Part shown: piece by piece, positions 30,346 to 33,000 of the stretch
How the letters are laid out: each line of letters opens with the position of its first letter
Position numbering within the stretch: position 1 is the stretch's first letter
NCBI RefSeq assembly: GCF_016432865.1
Contig: NC_067402.1
Coordinates: 1,798,001-1,831,000, forward strand
Direction of reading: 5' to 3'
Source of the DNA: Antechinus flavipes
Lineage: Eukaryota
Length of the DNA: 33,000 bases
The notes under the pieces: model-generated
What the model was told of the DNA's origin: nothing
The model's database searches: none
Seen by the model: only the letters and a program-made list of their open reading frames with translations
Position numbers and translations under genes: made by a program

Positions 30346-32602
30346 GTTGCCTCTGGTTAATTGTTCCTCAGTGAAGAGAGGGTGCCCCATGCCGTTTGGG
30401 CAGCACCCCCTTTCCTCAGGGCTCACGCCTCAGACCGTTCTCTGGCCATGATTCAACACGGGCTTCCGTGGCCCCCCATGAAGCCCCGTCCCAGTGTCTG
30501 TGGGAGGTGTCACCGAGTGTAGCACTTTGGTGCGGTCTCCCACCAAGCGTTTTGACTCCAGTGTGGAGCTGGGGAAGATTTTGGGGCAGTGAAGAATCGG
30601 GAACCAGCTCAGGAAAAAGGATCTGTCTGGAAAAGTGGGGAGTCCGGGTGAAGAAGCGAGGAGGAAGAGCCCCAAAGTGACTGCTACCCACTGGCTACCG
30701 GCTGCAGGCAGGGGGCACGCCCCGGAGTCAGACAGAGAACCGGAGTTCACCGAGGGCAGAGACTGCCTTTTGTCCCTTTCTGCACTTCTAACACCTCACA
30801 CGGCACAAAGTCCCTACCTGAGGCACTGACTCAAATACATCAATAAATACAGAAAACTTGGGAGAGGGAGGATATAGACCAAGGGATGAAGGTGAGCTGG
30901 TGCCCCTCGGGACAGAAAACGCCAAAGGTGAAGGCTGGAGGGAGAACACTTCATGAGGGGAGCCCCGAGTCTTGTGCCGGTCTGGGGGAGAGAATAGAGA
31001 AATGGGGACACAAAGACAAGGAGGGGTCTCCCACAACCCTCCCTGACTTGCTTCTAATCTGGAGAAAAAGAACCAGAGATGTAAGATATGGAGACTGTTG
31101 GGGAAGCGTCAGAATATCTTAGAGGCCATTGAGTGATTGAGAAGGAAGGGAAGGGAAGGCAACAAGGAACGGGATGTGCTGAGGGGCAAACACAGAAGGA
31201 GCTGGCCCTGCCCTTTAGAGCTGGGACTAAGTGGGGGAGGGGAGCCTGTGCCTAAGACTTTGTAAGGTGGGAACCAAATGGCTTTGGAGCAGCTGGAGGC
31301 TGGGGGAGGGCAAGGGAGAGCAGCAAAACTTGTTGGTCAAAGAAGCTTGCTGGTAATTGTCTGGAAGGAAACCAGGGTTTCTTGGGGCTGGGAGGGGCAA
31401 TGTCTGCAGCCTGGAAGGAAAGAAAAGGAAAGAGAGTGCCGTGTAGGGTGGGAGGGGAGGGCGGAGAGACAAAGGAGCTTCTGCTCAGGCTGGGAGCCCA
31501 GGAGGAAGGGGGAGGCCGGGCTGGCACTGCGTCACTAGCCTAGAGCATCTTTCCTTCTAAAATGCAGGGGAAGGGCCCTTGCTGCTCAGAGACCTCTAGG
31601 GTCTGCCCTTAACCCCGGGGGCCCTTCTCTTAGGATAAGGAAGCTCGAAGGACAAGGAAGAGGCACCCAGAGGTCCTACAGGACAGGGCTGGCCGGCGTC
31701 CACCCTTCCCACCACAGAAAGCTGCCCCCGAGATGTCTGCAGGGCTGATCTCTAGGGGTTTCAGCCTTCCCTGGTCCCCCGAAGGCTCCCCGGAAGCCCA
31801 GCACAGACCCTGCGGCTCTCCTCCCGCTTATGGAGGAAGCCTCCCCAGCCTGATGTAATCCACCGAGGGCCTGAAGAATTGTTCACTGGGAGTCATCATT
31901 CTGGGCCACTAATGAGTAAATAAATTTGAGATAATTCGGTTAAAGACACACGAGGGATGGGGAATGGGAGACAGGGGGATTAATCCAGTTTATGGGACTT
32001 GGCTTTGCACCAATCATGTCCTGGCTTAGTTTGGTGCAGGCCACAGACCTAGAGATGCTCCTCCTTGAGCATGGGGGGCCCAGTCAGGCGGCGACCAGCC
32101 CAGCCCTCAGGGCAGCACCTTCCCTTCCCAGCCTGCGCTAGGAACCGATGCCCACTGGACTCCAGGACTGAGGGGTCACGTGTCCCACTTCCCGCTGGCC
32201 TTCAGCTCATTGGATGCAATCAGCTGAAGAACTGCTCGCCCCCACATTTGGGCCAGGTCTCCCTGAAGTAGCCACTGATCTCTCAATGGTACCTCTGCAC
32301 TGGTCAGTTGGCCACCTTGGCCCCCATCTCAGAAGTTCTCTCCCTTGTGGTCAAGGTGTTTTATGTCTTTCCAAGGGCAGACCTAGCACCTACTCCCTTC
32401 TCTCCACCTGGTGCCGGGACAGAGCTTCTGGGACTGAGGGAAGCAAGGGATCATTGTTCTGTGCCTGCCCTGGCAGAACACTCGGGTAACCCAGGTCCGG
32501 TTCTCAGCATCACAGGAGGGAAGGAGGGGAACATGGTGGGGGCAGGAGGGATCTCCACTGACCAAATAAGGACTGGCTGAAAGCATTCAAAATGTTTAGC
32601 CT

Positions 32603-33000
32603 AGAGACTTACATGAACTGCTGCTGAGTGAAATGAGCAGGACCAGGAGATCATTATATACCTCAGCAACGATACGGCATGAAGATGTATTCTGATGGAA
32701 GTGGATCTCTTCGATAAAGAGAAGATCTAACTCGGTTTCAATTGATCAAGGATGGACAGAAGCAGCTACACCCAGAGAAAGAACACTGGGAGATGAATAT
32801 AAACTGCATTTTTGTTTTTCTTCCCGGGTTATTTCTACCTTCTGCATCCAATTCTCCCTGTGCAACAAGAAAACAAGTTCTGCAAACTTATATTGTATCT
32901 AGGATATACTGTAACCTATTTAACTTGTAAAGGACTGCTTGCCATCGGGGGGGAGGGGAAAAATCGGAACAGAAGTGAGTGCAAGGGATAATACTGTAAA
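32603..33000 (+). mobile_element. Dasyurid-type L1 3' end with a different 3'UTR type, cut by the window edge
   Basis: AGAGACTTACATGAACTG...GAAATGAGCAGGACCAGGAGATCATTATATACC (RDLHEL..SEMSRTRRSLYT), then GAAGATGTATTCTGATGGAAGTGG... 3'UTR. Confidence 0.9.

Overview
GC-rich marsupial genomic DNA. The L1 3' ends, the MAR1-type SINE and the CORE-SINE/L2/L3 relics point to a marsupial, most likely a dasyurid (inference from remembered consensus sequences; no database was run). I recognise no intact protein-coding gene, rRNA, tRNA or CRISPR array. Most supplied ORFs are by-products of high GC content, tandem repeats or decayed retrotransposons. The window looks intergenic or intronic. It holds: (i) a minus-strand ORF1-only 'half-L1'-type element at about 2630-5610, carrying a nested solo LTR and a nested L1 3' end; (ii) three plus-strand L1 3' ends; (iii) an ancient L3/CR1 broken up by SINEs and a MITE; (iv) several minisatellites; (v) a 147-bp local duplication with microhomology junctions; (vi) AT-rich, homeobox/FOX/SOX-motif-rich blocks that resemble developmental enhancers, plus a CpG-rich island with a perfect CRE; (vii) an unexplained minus-strand frame of about 267 codons with a single internal stop, behind a strong splice acceptor (17156-17958). 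Coordinates of old repeats are approximate (+/-10-20 bp).
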